A program made the position numbers and the translations under genes. The notes beneath the pieces are model-generated. The model saw nothing but the letters and a program-made list of their open reading frames with translations, ran no database searches and had not been told where the DNA came from. Of a DNA stretch of 52,166 nt, positions 27,210-36,738 are shown one piece after another; position 1 is the first letter of the stretch, and every line of letters begins with the position of its first letter. The DNA is from a virus. Its lineage: Duplodnaviria; Caudoviricetes. The stretch covers positions 1 to 52,166 of IMG/VR virus record IMGVR_UViG_3300018019_000014. One strand, written 5' to 3'.

Positions 27210-28904
27210 TCATGGCGCATTCTTGAGTTGAAAGGTGACACTAATAGACCCCCCGCTAAAAGTCGGGTTAATGAACTCCAGCCCGGCTCCCGCAAAGAGG
27301 AACATCTGGTCAAACCCGCCATAATTGCCCTGGACTTCGATCAGCGAATTAACGCCAGCTATCAACGAAAAAGGAATCAGAGCTGGCAACGAACCGGGAA
27401 CAATGTTTTGGTTCCAATAAACCGAGTTTCCATCCTGCAATATTTGGAGGGTAAAATAACTCGCCGCCCAGCCGCTCGCTAAAAAGGCCGTTACGTTTAT
27501 CAGGCAATTTACCGCGCCTCCCGTGTAACTTAGTGATCCGTGCAGATTGGCAACTCCCGAAAAAGCGCCGTTATCATCGCCCGCCGTGTTGCCGCTTACT
27601 GTGTCCCCAACTGCGGTAATTGATCCGGGCGCTGGCGGCAGGATGACTGCCACATCCCAGACCATTGTTGTCCAGTCCGGCCCAACCACGGGCGCCGGGG
27701 CAATCCCTATCGGGAAGGTTTGTTCGCACGAAAAGCCCGTCGCGTCAGTCACCTTTACCGTGATGGCAGTTGCCTGTGCCAAGGACGGCGTGCCACTAAT
27801 AGCGCCATTCGTGAAGCCCAATCCGAAAGGCAACACGCCGCCTGTGAGCTGATACATGTAAGGTGCGACACCCCCGGCTGCTGCGAACAGGAAGCCATAC
27901 GCCGTTCCAACTGTGCCCCCAGGCGGCGCGTCTGTGAAACCCATGACCGAGAGCGTGAATGATTTCACGGTGTCCCTCACGAGGCCGTCAGTCGCGTCCA
28001 CCTGAAAAGTGAACGTGCCCGGGGTTGTGGGCGTGCCCGCCAGGGTGAAGCTCTTTCCATCAGACGTGAAAGTCAGTCCATCAGGTACGGCGCCAGCCGT
28101 CACCTGAATCAGCAAACCGCTGCCGCCGGCTATTGGCACCTTGAGCGATGCTGGCATGTTGGAACAGAGCTTGCTTGCCGGCAGGTTGCCAATGCAAATC
28201 CTCTGGTAACGCCCGAAAAGGCACGCATAGGCAAGGGCCAGCGTGTTCGCTTGCAGTTGTGTCTGTGCTCGTACCAGTCCAGCCCGAAAATAGAACCGGG
28301 TCGCCGTGCCATCAGGACAGGCAAGATCACACGGCGTTGCCTGATTGAAAAAGGTTTGGCCGTTTCCCTGGTTTGGAATCGGAAGCGGCGCTGGATTTCC
28401 ATCGGGGCCAATGGGAGCCGGCGGTGCTGTGCCTCCCGGCGGACATTGGGCAAACGCGAAGAAAGAAGCGTAGTAATTTGCCACTGTGTCTGCCCACTCC
28501 TGGCTGATGGCTGACAAAAATCCAGCGGGCAGGGTGTACGATGACACGCTGCCATCGGCACAGATCCAGTCAGCCGTCTGGGCATTATTCGTGAATGAGG
28601 GGCTGCCCGGTGCGGGTGCGGGGCCAACGGCAATCGGGGTCGGATTAGGGATAGCGCCTGACGAGGAAACCGATACTGGCGTGCCCGGCGGCGGCGTCTG
28701 CTGGTTGGTCAGGGCACTGCCATTCGCATCGCCCTGCGAAATGGTTGATGCGCCGAATGCCACCGGGTCGCCGTAGTCATAGGGGTAACGCCTGAAAACC
28801 AGACTAACAAACTCAGGCGGATCGGGCGGTTTCTCCGCAGAATAGTTTGTGACCGGGTTCTCGGTACTCGGGCACGTAATCGACTGTGGGCAAGGCCGTG
28901 TCAT
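27210..28904 (-). CDS. Ig-domain tail/fibre protein
   Basis: Two putative Ig (He_PIG-like) repeats (G.VPDGLTF....LAGTPTTPGTFTF.V.ATD; G.LPFGL....GAISGTP....ITVKVTD); Cys-containing SQxxAN repeats. Confidence 0.7.
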   Translation of the reverse strand: MTRPCPQSITCPSTENPVTNYSAEKPPDPPEFVSLVFRRYPYDYGDPVAFGASTISQGDANGSALTNQQTPPPGTPVSVSSSGAIPNPTPIAVGPAPAPGSPSFTNNAQTADWICADGSVSSYTLPAGFLSAISQEWADTVANYYASFFAFAQCPPGGTAPPAPIGPDGNPAPLPIPNQGNGQTFFNQATPCDLACPDGTATRFYFRAGLVRAQTQLQANTLALAYACLFGRYQRICIGNLPASKLCSNMPASLKVPIAGGSGLLIQVTAGAVPDGLTFTSDGKSFTLAGTPTTPGTFTFQVDATDGLVRDTVKSFTLSVMGFTDAPPGGTVGTAYGFLFAAAGGVAPYMYQLTGGVLPFGLGFTNGAISGTPSLAQATAITVKVTDATGFSCEQTFPIGIAPAPVVGPDWTTMVWDVAVILPPAPGSITAVGDTVSGNTAGDDNGAFSGVANLHGSLSYTGGAVNCLINVTAFLASGWAASYFTLQILQDGNSVYWNQNIVPGSLPALIPFSLIAGVNSLIEVQGNYGGFDQMFLFAGAGLEFINPTFSGGSISVTFQLKNAP

Positions 28905-30715
28905 GGTATTCTCGCTGGCAGCCCAGCAGGCAGACTTTGGAGTCCCCCAAACGGCGTCTTCATGGTTGGCACAGCATAGACGACGAGGCCCCGTATCCGA
29001 CACCAGCCCTTGACGGCGATCTTAACCTGGAACTGGTGTCCGATGTTCATCGGGCGCGAGTCGGCCATCGAACAAAGCGCCTTGGGCGGCTGAGGCAAGA
29101 TGATTGGGAATTTGCCGCTCGCGCTGTCTATCTGCAACGGATAGCAGATCGGATTATTCACGTCCTCGCATGAAGATCGGGCGCTGCACAATTTTGCCGC
29201 GTGCCAGAGTTGCCAGCAGGGGTTCGCGTCCACGCGATAAAAAACCTGAATCAGCACGTCCCCAAAGAGCTTGTCGATCCAAATCTCGCCGCCATCCAGC
29301 CGCTTCAAATCAAACTCTTGGCCCCACGTGAAAGCAGGATGCTCGGTGTACCACTCGACCAAGTGATCCACATTGTCAGTCTGTTGGTCTGGCGTGATTT
29401 CCCAAAGCTGGATGCTGCCGTCCGCGTCGGACACGACCGCGGCAAAGGCCCGTTCCCGGCCGCCAAAGTCGCCAGTGAAAAGTTGCAGCACATTGAGGCC
29501 CTCATGCATCCCTTCCCAACAAGGCGGCGTGTCCTGTTGGAAGCTGCCTAGCGGCTCAAAGTCCATAACCGCGATCCCTTTGTGGATGACACCCTGGAGC
29601 GTCTGTTGCGGCAGAATGGCCTGATACATGCGCTCGCCGAATTCGATCCCGGTCGAGAACCGCATCAGACTCCGGTCATTGAATTGCAACGCACGCAAGA
29701 GATTGTTGCTGATGGGTTTGTTCCCCCATTGATTGAAGTAACGCAGGGCGGTGAATAGAGAGCGAATGCTCGGCTCGAGCGATTGATAGAACAAGTCGCC
29801 GTTCACAGCCACGACGGAGCGGTCAGAGACAGCCCCGTTCTGGCGCTGCACGACGCGCTGCAAAGGCGCGTTGCTTGCCGTGGCGTTGATCCAATCGGTG
29901 CGCGAGATCGGGACATCGAGCGCGTACACCTGCTTTTTGGTGAACACGAATAAGGTGCCCTGCCCGAGCGCCGTATCGAGGTTGGCTGAGAAATCCATGG
30001 CCGTTATATCGCCAGCCTGAGAAGGCACGGCGAACCCATCGCCGCCGATGGCCAGGGGGTTCTCTGTCACTTTGAGAATGGAGTCCCGGAGCTCAAACGG
30101 CGCGGTGCCCGCCGTCCCGCCTACGATGTCGCCCGCGGTGTAGGCCCGGCCGTAGGCGTACCAGAGACGGCCCTGGTAATAGACCATCGCGCCGGCTGGT
30201 GGAAGTTCGTTGGTCAAAAGCACGTTGTACGCGAGGCCGTTGCTCTGCCGAAACACCGCGCCCGCATCACCAAAAAACGCCGGTTTCGTCACGAGGTCGC
30301 CCGCCTGCACCACGACAAACTCCTCGCCCTGAACGAAGTGGAACAGCGGTTCCATGGCCGGCATTACCGCGGTGCCCGTGATGTCGTTGACGGAGAGGTC
30401 ACTATCCAGACGGCAGTTGTAGAGGCGTCCAGACATGGCAAAAATCAGATAGGGGTACGCCCCGCCGCCTGGGTCGTACATGATGCCCCCCTGCCAGAGC
30501 CCAGTTGGAGGCGCAAGGGTCTGAACAGGAACATTGCCAGTGCGTTGCCCGACTCCGCCGCCGCGCGTCGTGATATTGTTCCCCCAGGCAAGCGCGTTGC
30601 GCGGGAGCCCGTTGGGGTTGGCCTGGCTCGCAATCGTCGTGACTCGGGACGAGTCCACCCCATAAGACCAATCAAGTTGGCCATCTGCGAGTCGGATTTC
30701 CTGTCCCGTGGCCAT
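28901..30715 (-). CDS. Tail nozzle / tubular protein B-like (beta-rich)
   Basis: ~604 aa, beta-rich, YYQGRLW, ends FQVKI..KGWCRIRG; podovirus synteny. Confidence 0.6.
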   Translation of the reverse strand: MATGQEIRLADGQLDWSYGVDSSRVTTIASQANPNGLPRNALAWGNNITTRGGGVGQRTGNVPVQTLAPPTGLWQGGIMYDPGGGAYPYLIFAMSGRLYNCRLDSDLSVNDITGTAVMPAMEPLFHFVQGEEFVVVQAGDLVTKPAFFGDAGAVFRQSNGLAYNVLLTNELPPAGAMVYYQGRLWYAYGRAYTAGDIVGGTAGTAPFELRDSILKVTENPLAIGGDGFAVPSQAGDITAMDFSANLDTALGQGTLFVFTKKQVYALDVPISRTDWINATASNAPLQRVVQRQNGAVSDRSVVAVNGDLFYQSLEPSIRSLFTALRYFNQWGNKPISNNLLRALQFNDRSLMRFSTGIEFGERMYQAILPQQTLQGVIHKGIAVMDFEPLGSFQQDTPPCWEGMHEGLNVLQLFTGDFGGRERAFAAVVSDADGSIQLWEITPDQQTDNVDHLVEWYTEHPAFTWGQEFDLKRLDGGEIWIDKLFGDVLIQVFYRVDANPCWQLWHAAKLCSARSSCEDVNNPICYPLQIDSASGKFPIILPQPPKALCSMADSRPMNIGHQFQVKIAVKGWCRIRGLVVYAVPTMKTPFGGLQSLPAGLPARIP

Positions 30716-30746
30716 AAATTGAGGGTAGTAGTTTTGACGGTTGTTG

Positions 30747-31343
30747 TCAACGCTGCCGGACTCTGGACTGAATGCCCGACACGCGCCGCTGCCAAAATTT
30801 CCCACCTGCGAAATCTTGCCGGGCCGTTATGGGTTGCCAGGGCGAAACCCGGTGGTAAATGGTCATTGCGGGAGGCGCTGTTGAACTGAGTGCGGCGCTA
30901 GAACTGGACAGGGAGATCGATTCGCCTGCCATTGTCCCGACCGAGAGATAGGCGATTGTGGCCGCCGCTGAACTCAACCCGCCTGTGGAGCCCGTGCCCG
31001 ATGCAGTGCCCCTGGTCTGTGCGCTCGCGCCACTATTGGACAAGCCAGACCCAAGCAAAGAGCCCGTCCCTTTGGAGCCCCCGCTGCTTATCGAAACGCT
31101 GATAATGGAACCGCCCGATTCGCTGATGCCAAGTACGGCACCTGATCCACTCGAATAGCTGAGGCTCTTGCCTGCAAAGACAACACCTGAGCCATCCCCG
31201 CCGAGGCTGTTTTCCATGCCACCGGCGCCGACGGTCAATTCACTATCTGGGATGGAATTCTCAACCGACACGCCACCACCCAGCCAACCGCCGCTGCCGC
31301 TTCCGCCTAAACTATCGTCGCCGATTGCGCCAAGATCGGGCAT
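30747..31343 (-). CDS. Gly/Ser-rich tail-associated protein
   Basis: Low-complexity ORF abutting the upstream gene. Confidence 0.55.
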   Translation of the reverse strand: MPDLGAIGDDSLGGSGSGGWLGGGVSVENSIPDSELTVGAGGMENSLGGDGSGVVFAGKSLSYSSGSGAVLGISESGGSIISVSISSGGSKGTGSLLGSGLSNSGASAQTRGTASGTGSTGGLSSAAATIAYLSVGTMAGESISLSSSSAALSSTAPPAMTIYHRVSPWQPITARQDFAGGKFWQRRVSGIQSRVRQR

Positions 31344-31345
31344 GA

Positions 31346-32281
31346 TTATGGGGTGGTCAGCGTGGCCGAGGTCTCGACAACGAACAAGCCTCCGTTGCCA
31401 CTGGGTTTCACGATGCGGAATGTCCTGCCAGTCAGAGTGCCAGTCCCGGAAAACGTATCGCCGTCATTAAAACTGGCCACCGGGTGATTGGAGGCCCAAA
31501 GCCCGCGCATTGTCCCGCGATATATGTAGCTCGTCTCAAAAAGGCGGATCTGCGAGACATAGATTCTACCATCTGGGTTGTTTGGATAAGGAATGGCACC
31601 GATGCCGAGATACCTACGCGCCGACCAGTCGTACATGGCCGTGTCCACCTGCTTGCGCAGAATGATTGACATCCCGCCTGGCGCCCCGGTGTACGTTCTG
31701 TCGGCAACGCCCATTGTCGAGTCATAAGTGTTCACGTTAATCGTGGCGTCGATTACGTCGAGCGAGTCGTACTGACCCGACGACTGGTTCTCTGTATACC
31801 TCGCCGCGATGAACTGGCGCCATGTATCACTGGAAGATTTGCTGTCGAACTCGCCGAACAGGAAGCCTGTGTAAAACGTGCCGTCGCTTTGAACGAAAAA
31901 GTAGATGGTGCCAGCATCCGCAAAGGCGATGTACGACCGCGCCGTCCCCGCCGCCGAACTTTTGCGAACACAATAAGCAGCAACCCCACCAACGCCCTGC
32001 GCGGCAGTCGGGAAGGCGTTGGTGCCGGTCCCCGGCGCGCTCATGGTTTCGTAGCCGGTAATCCGCGCCTCCAGACCACTCGCGGCGCCCGGGCCATTAT
32101 CGTTGACGTTGAGATAAATGGGGCACGTACCGGCGCTCAGATAGGCCGCCTGATTGGTCCCGATCAAACCCGCCGGTTTTGACCAGCCCGCTCCGGTGAC
32201 AAGAACCGCGTCCAGCACAGTCAACAAAGATCCGACCGCTCCGTTCATTGTCCCGGTGTAGATTCCGAATTGGCCAGCCAT
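31346..32281 (-). CDS. Tail-associated structural protein
   Basis: GSLLTVLDAVLVTG.GW.K N-terminus and RG.MRGLW motif seen in phage tail proteins. Confidence 0.6.
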   Translation of the reverse strand: MAGQFGIYTGTMNGAVGSLLTVLDAVLVTGAGWSKPAGLIGTNQAAYLSAGTCPIYLNVNDNGPGAASGLEARITGYETMSAPGTGTNAFPTAAQGVGGVAAYCVRKSSAAGTARSYIAFADAGTIYFFVQSDGTFYTGFLFGEFDSKSSSDTWRQFIAARYTENQSSGQYDSLDVIDATINVNTYDSTMGVADRTYTGAPGGMSIILRKQVDTAMYDWSARRYLGIGAIPYPNNPDGRIYVSQIRLFETSYIYRGTMRGLWASNHPVASFNDGDTFSGTGTLTGRTFRIVKPSGNGGLFVVETSATLTTP

Positions 32282-32284
32282 ACG

Positions 32285-32971
32285 CTAATACTCAATCGCC
32301 GCGATTAGTGCCCCGACGCCGAATTGCGGCGTAATGAGATTCGACACCGCTAGGGTATTGATTTTTCCGATGGCACCGACACCGTCTGTTGTTAGGCCCA
32401 AAGTTCCGCCCCCGAGGGTCGCCGAGAGCGTGAAAGTATCACTGGATACGGTCTTGACGTAATAGACCGTGCCCGCGCTCAGACCGCTGCAAAGCGTTTC
32501 GTTGGGCATAGAGATGACTTCGACTGGATCGTTTACGACCAGTGTATGCCCCGGCGCCGTGATGACGTTCGTTGCCGACACCCCAACGAAATCGAAATAT
32601 GTCGTGATGAGCGGTCCCGAGTAGAGCAGGATGCCGGCGCCGCTCGAAGCTGTCCCCACGCCAAAATGCGTGATCGTGTTGCTGCCGCCGGTGCATTGAG
32701 CGAAAGTCACCAGCGCCGTGTTGCTCACCTGATTGGCTGCCACGGTCCAGCCACCCGCCGCGCGTGCCACGGCAACGCGGTTATGGCCCGTGTAACTCGC
32801 CTCATTGGTGGTCTGGTCGCCCCCGGGCCCGGGGTCGCTAGTATGTAAACTACAGTACAAGTTGCCGGCGCTGGCGCTCGGTTGGAGGCCCCCGGCGTCG
32901 CCGATGTTGGCAATCGCGCTGTTATTGAAAATCAGCAACAGCAGATCATTGGAAAAAGTTGAACCTTTCAT
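32285..32971 (-). CDS. Tail fibre-associated structural protein
   Basis: FSNDLL.LIFN...LY.SLHTSDPG...NEASYTG..RVAV.R...ITHFGVG. Confidence 0.65.
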   Translation of the reverse strand: MKGSTFSNDLLLLIFNNSAIANIGDAGGLQPSASAGNLYCSLHTSDPGPGGDQTTNEASYTGHNRVAVARAAGGWTVAANQVSNTALVTFAQCTGGSNTITHFGVGTASSGAGILLYSGPLITTYFDFVGVSATNVITAPGHTLVVNDPVEVISMPNETLCSGLSAGTVYYVKTVSSDTFTLSATLGGGTLGLTTDGVGAIGKINTLAVSNLITPQFGVGALIAAIEY

Positions 32972-33306
32972 GATTCAAGTCCTGACACCATAACGTTGAT
33001 TGCGTTGGGGGCGCTCGCCAGGCCGTTGAAGCTCCATCCATCCAGCAAAATGCCCCCCTCGAAAAGCTCGATGAAATCGTTAGCCGGAACGCTGAACCCG
33101 TACAGGATGGCGTACTGTGGAGCAGGCGCGGTCGCCGCGGGCAGCACGTACAGCGTAACCGTGACAGCGCCGCCCGTCAGATTGGCAATGTGGATGAGCG
33201 AGACAACCAGCCGCCGCTGGATGCCGACGATGTAGATGCCGGTAGGGGCCACGCCAAGCTGAACAAGACTGCTAATCCGCAGAACGCTGCTGCCCGGCAT
33301 TGCCAT
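32968..33306 (-). CDS. Small beta-sandwich structural protein
   Basis: IHIANLTGGAVTVTLY...VPAND...VSG.E. Confidence 0.6.
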   Translation of the reverse strand: MAMPGSSVLRISSLVQLGVAPTGIYIVGIQRRLVVSLIHIANLTGGAVTVTLYVLPAATAPAPQYAILYGFSVPANDFIELFEGGILLDGWSFNGLASAPNAINVMVSGLES

Positions 33307-33333
33307 AAAGAATTGGAATCAAGGCAAAGCGGG

Positions 33334-33531
33334 TTAGGACTTCGGAAGGCCGGAGTCCGGCACATAGCTCGAATAATCGTTGGCCAGCACGGCGGCGTGT
33401 AGGGCTTCCCAGTCCGCAGGCGTCGGGTTGGCCTTCGTGAAGATGCTGGTAAGCGCGGCCTGCACGGAGGGCTCGACTTTGATGGCTTCTTCCACCAGCG
33501 AAATGATCAGGGAGAGAGTGGCGGGATTCAT
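33334..33531 (-). CDS. Hypothetical protein
   Basis: 65-aa ORF following the lipoprotein. Confidence 0.6.
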   Translation of the reverse strand: MNPATLSLIISLVEEAIKVEPSVQAALTSIFTKANPTPADWEALHAAVLANDYSSYVPDSGLPKS

Positions 33532-33535
33532 GGCG

Positions 33536-33961
33536 TTATTGGAGTTTGACCCCGAAGGACGCAATCAGCGCCGTCAGGTCGGTTATCGTTTGGTTGGCAT
33601 TGACTACGGCCTGAGCAAAGGCATTGGCCGGCCCGGTGATACTGTTGTTCGTCACTGAGGATGCGGACCACACAGCGCCAGCGTCACAGGCAACGACCAT
33701 CGCGGCCTGAAACTTCTGGTAAGCGGCCTTGACCGCTTGCTCTTGGGCAACGGGGACGGGCGTACCCGCCACCTTCTGGGCGGTGACGTAGGCACCCCAA
33801 AGGTGCATGGCGGTGTCCACCGTCACTTGGGTTGTGGCGGCAGTTTTGTAGGCCGCGCTTTGAGGCGTATTGCAGCCGGTAAGGACCGACAAACCGAATC
33901 CCGCCAAGAGCGGGAGGAGGGTGAATGAGAGAATGACCAAAAGGAGTTTGAACTTTTTCAT
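33536..33961 (-). CDS. Lipoprotein (spanin-like candidate)
   Basis: MKKFK plus hydrophobic stretch plus lipobox LTGC, helical body. Confidence 0.7.
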   Translation of the reverse strand: MKKFKLLLVILSFTLLPLLAGFGLSVLTGCNTPQSAAYKTAATTQVTVDTAMHLWGAYVTAQKVAGTPVPVAQEQAVKAAYQKFQAAMVVACDAGAVWSASSVTNNSITGPANAFAQAVVNANQTITDLTALIASFGVKLQ

Positions 33962-33971
33962 AGCGTTGTTT

Positions 33972-34008
33972 GTTTCAATCCGCGCCCCAGTCCAAACCGG
34001 GGCGAAAG
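33972..34008 (-). CRISPR. Solitary type I-C-like CRISPR repeat, copy 1
   Basis: CTTTCGCCCCGGTTTGGACTGGGGCGCGGATTGAAAC: hairpin plus GGATTGAAAC 3' end; no array, no cas operon. Confidence 0.65.
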
Positions 34009-34043
34009 TGTTGTTTGACGGACAGTTTTCGGACTTTGGTTGA

Positions 34044-34352
34044 TCACTTTTGGACTGGAGTGTTTGGCGGCAGACTCGGCGTGTTTGGCCAGGTGGCAAG
34101 CGTAGGGCCGGACTGCTGCATCGGCGCAGCAGCAGGCGGTGGCGCTGAAACCAACGGCGGCGCTTGCGTTGCCGAATGGCTCCCCGCGAAGATGCTCAGA
34201 AGCCCAGAGAACCAGGAAGCCCCGATGTGGTTGGCGTAGAGGATTCGGCCCACGGCCATCAAACAAAGCATCACGATGGGCGCCCACCTTTGCCAGGCGG
34301 GCGGCAGGGCATTGATGATGTCTTGGGCTGCTGGAGGGATCGAATTTGTCAT
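34044..34352 (-). CDS. Holin-like membrane protein
   Basis: One or two hydrophobic helices, Pro-rich tail, next to the lipoprotein. Confidence 0.5.
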   Translation of the reverse strand: MTNSIPPAAQDIINALPPAWQRWAPIVMLCLMAVGRILYANHIGASWFSGLLSIFAGSHSATQAPPLVSAPPPAAAPMQQSGPTLATWPNTPSLPPNTPVQK

Positions 34353-34385
34353 AGTGGCCGACTTTAGCCCCTGGCCGGGCCGGCG

Positions 34386-34688
34386 TCAACGCTTTTCCGG
34401 GCATTTCGGGTGGCAGGGCAAGCCGTCGAGCTTCTTTGCAAGATCCGAATGTCTCTCAATTTCCCGCGCTTCCAGCAATGACAAGTGCTCTTTCACCGCC
34501 GCATCGCGGTCCGCAATATGCTGGAACTCCTTTCCGAGCCAATACGCCCAACCGGCGACCAGAAGGCCGGCCGCAACAGCGCCGCCCAGGGTTATGTGGG
34601 TGCTTTCGCTGATAGCATCGCCCACCAGCGCGAGGGCGCTTGTGCCAGCGCCGACCAGCGAAGCTCGGATTGAATTCAAGATCATCAA
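34386..34688 (-). CDS. Membrane protein (holin-like)
   Basis: TM segment ITLGGAVAAGLLVAGWAYWLG followed by coiled coil and LPC. Confidence 0.55.
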   Translation of the reverse strand: MMILNSIRASLVGAGTSALALVGDAISESTHITLGGAVAAGLLVAGWAYWLGKEFQHIADRDAAVKEHLSLLEAREIERHSDLAKKLDGLPCHPKCPEKR

Positions 34689-35050
34689 TTTGTCCGGGTT
34701 AAAGTTGGGTTAGTCGGCATCGAGGGCATAGCCGGCGTGCTGATGATGTTGCTCGGGACGCTCTCCCAAAAGCTGTTCGAGGCGGTCATAAAGAAAAACA
34801 TCTGGCCGGGCTGGATCTGGATCGTCAGATTGGTCGTGATCCAAGAGACCGCGCCGTTCGTTGTCCAGCCGGGCACGTTGGTCAGGCAGGTCCAGTTCGT
34901 TATCGGCGCGGCCAGGTTGGTCGAGCCGTAAAGATTGAAGCTCTGGACAGTGGGGTCGGTGTACGACCAGCTCAAAGTGACGCGGCCCGATGGCGGCGCG
35001 TAGGTGAACGCGCTGCCCAGGAGACAGGCGAGAATCAGGAGTCGTTTCAT
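34685..35050 (-). CDS. Secreted fibronectin type III-like protein
   Basis: MKRLLILACLLGSA signal; VTLSW...FNLYGSTNL...FFFMTASN...ES.PSN. Confidence 0.7.
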   Translation of the reverse strand: MKRLLILACLLGSAFTYAPPSGRVTLSWSYTDPTVQSFNLYGSTNLAAPITNWTCLTNVPGWTTNGAVSWITTNLTIQIQPGQMFFFMTASNSFWESVPSNIISTPAMPSMPTNPTLTRTN

Positions 35051-35057
35051 GGCGCGG

Positions 35058-36323
35058 CTAATAAGGGTAAACTGGAATGGCCCAGGCCCATCGGGTGTTT
35101 CCAGGCAACGCGACATTAGGATAGATGCTGAGTGCCCACGTAGAACCATTGGTAAGTTGAAATTGATAACCAACGGGAAAGGTCCAATTCGTCGCCACGC
35201 CAGTTACAAAGGTATAGACAGTCGTATTGACCTCAACTCCGTTTGTCCAGATTCCAATCGTGACATTGGTGCCAGCGTTGCCCATGCCCCTGACCCCATT
35301 CGTACAAATGACTCCGATCCAGACATTTGAAACCCAGCCACCATTTAGGGGAGTAACAAAATATGTCTCGGCAAAGATTTCAGCACTGGCAACCGCTCCA
35401 ATAGCCATGCCACTGTCGGGAGGCAGAAAATAGGTTGTGGAGGCCGTGCTCACCGCAGTGTTGACCACCGAGCCTCGAACCGTAAATGGCACAGATCCAG
35501 ACACACTATTCGTAAGAGTAACGAGTGTGAGATTCGACTGGACCAATGTACCCCAGTAATTCGTAGAGTTGACGGCATTCGTTGCGCTCCCAACGGCTCC
35601 TTGTACTTGGCTTCCTTGAATCGTAACAGCGCTCAACGGTTGCGTGAAATTCGCGTGTGCGTCGTAAGCCGTGCCCGTTACTGGGTCAGCGCCGTTGATG
35701 AAATGTAGCACGACTGCGCCCGTGCCAATCGAGTCCAATTTGACCGAGACAACAATTTTGGTCGCGTTGGAAGCGATAAAGGTCAAGGGTGATGACATGC
35801 TGAAATCAAGCGTGTTCACTGAACCGGCAACCACCGTTTGAGGACTCGACGAGGCGAGTTGGATTAGTAAGTGCGCCACGGTATCCCAGACATAAACTTC
35901 GTAATGAATTGAGGCGGTCCCTCCGCCGCCCGTCCGGTACACATAACTGCGGCAGGACATCGGCCCCGAAGGAATCACAGAAACCGTTTGCGTGCTTACC
36001 ACCTGACGCACGTAAGCCCCAACCACGGTTACTGGATAGGATTGCGTTGTGATCGTGGAGGGAACGGCAGTCCAACCCTGATAGTTATTAGTGCGAGTGA
36101 AGTTCGGGTCATTATTAGTTGTCGAGCTAAAAAACATGAACTGCGGCACGCCAGCCAAGGCGTTGTTCACGTAATTGGTCGAAGCAACTCCAAAACCATC
36201 ATTAGCCAAAAGGTTAGTTTCTCCTGAGCCGTCGCCGAAGAAGTCTCCTACCCAATGGATCTGCGCTTGAGCGGACAGGCAGAAAGTAAAAAGGATCGCT
36301 GCGAACCAACGCAAGGTTTTCAT
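35058..36323 (-). CDS. Signal-peptide-bearing, fibre-like beta-rich protein
   Basis: MKTLRWFAAILFTFCLSAQA-Q signal; FFGDGSGETNL resembles the fibre FxGDGSGLTNL motif; Thr-Asn rich. Confidence 0.65.
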   Translation of the reverse strand: MKTLRWFAAILFTFCLSAQAQIHWVGDFFGDGSGETNLLANDGFGVASTNYVNNALAGVPQFMFFSSTTNNDPNFTRTNNYQGWTAVPSTITTQSYPVTVVGAYVRQVVSTQTVSVIPSGPMSCRSYVYRTGGGGTASIHYEVYVWDTVAHLLIQLASSSPQTVVAGSVNTLDFSMSSPLTFIASNATKIVVSVKLDSIGTGAVVLHFINGADPVTGTAYDAHANFTQPLSAVTIQGSQVQGAVGSATNAVNSTNYWGTLVQSNLTLVTLTNSVSGSVPFTVRGSVVNTAVSTASTTYFLPPDSGMAIGAVASAEIFAETYFVTPLNGGWVSNVWIGVICTNGVRGMGNAGTNVTIGIWTNGVEVNTTVYTFVTGVATNWTFPVGYQFQLTNGSTWALSIYPNVALPGNTRWAWAIPVYPY

Positions 36324-36325
36324 GG

Positions 36326-36697
36326 TCAATGCCAAGCCCCATTGTAGTAGTACCACGGGCGCTGTCCATCGATATCGAAAGCCGCGCCGGTCCCCGAGGC
36401 AGGCGTGAAGTTGGGTGCGTTGCTGCCGTAGTGGCCGAAAGTGATGCCGCCGGCAACGACAAGGCCCCCGCCGCCAGCAACCAGAATTTGATACGCGAGC
36501 GAGATCAAAACAGGCAACTGCATCGCGGGCGGGATGCAGTTGAGACACGCCGCGTTTTTCACCAAGGTTGAAGCGTTTGCACTCATACCGGCAATTTGGG
36601 AAAAGATGTAGATAAGGACGGGCAACTGCATGTTCTTTGGGATGCAGTCAAGGCAGCCCGCCTGGGCTACCAGCGTCGAGGCAGTTGAACTGGCCAT
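36326..36697 (-). CDS. Cys-repeat structural protein
   Basis: Tandem ~36-aa repeat ASTLV..A.CL.CIP..MQLPVLI. Confidence 0.7.
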   Translation of the reverse strand: MASSTASTLVAQAGCLDCIPKNMQLPVLIYIFSQIAGMSANASTLVKNAACLNCIPPAMQLPVLISLAYQILVAGGGGLVVAGGITFGHYGSNAPNFTPASGTGAAFDIDGQRPWYYYNGAWH

Positions 36698-36738
36698 AGC
36701 GTTGAGAAGGGCGACGTGCTGGGCCGGCGCCCTGGCGG

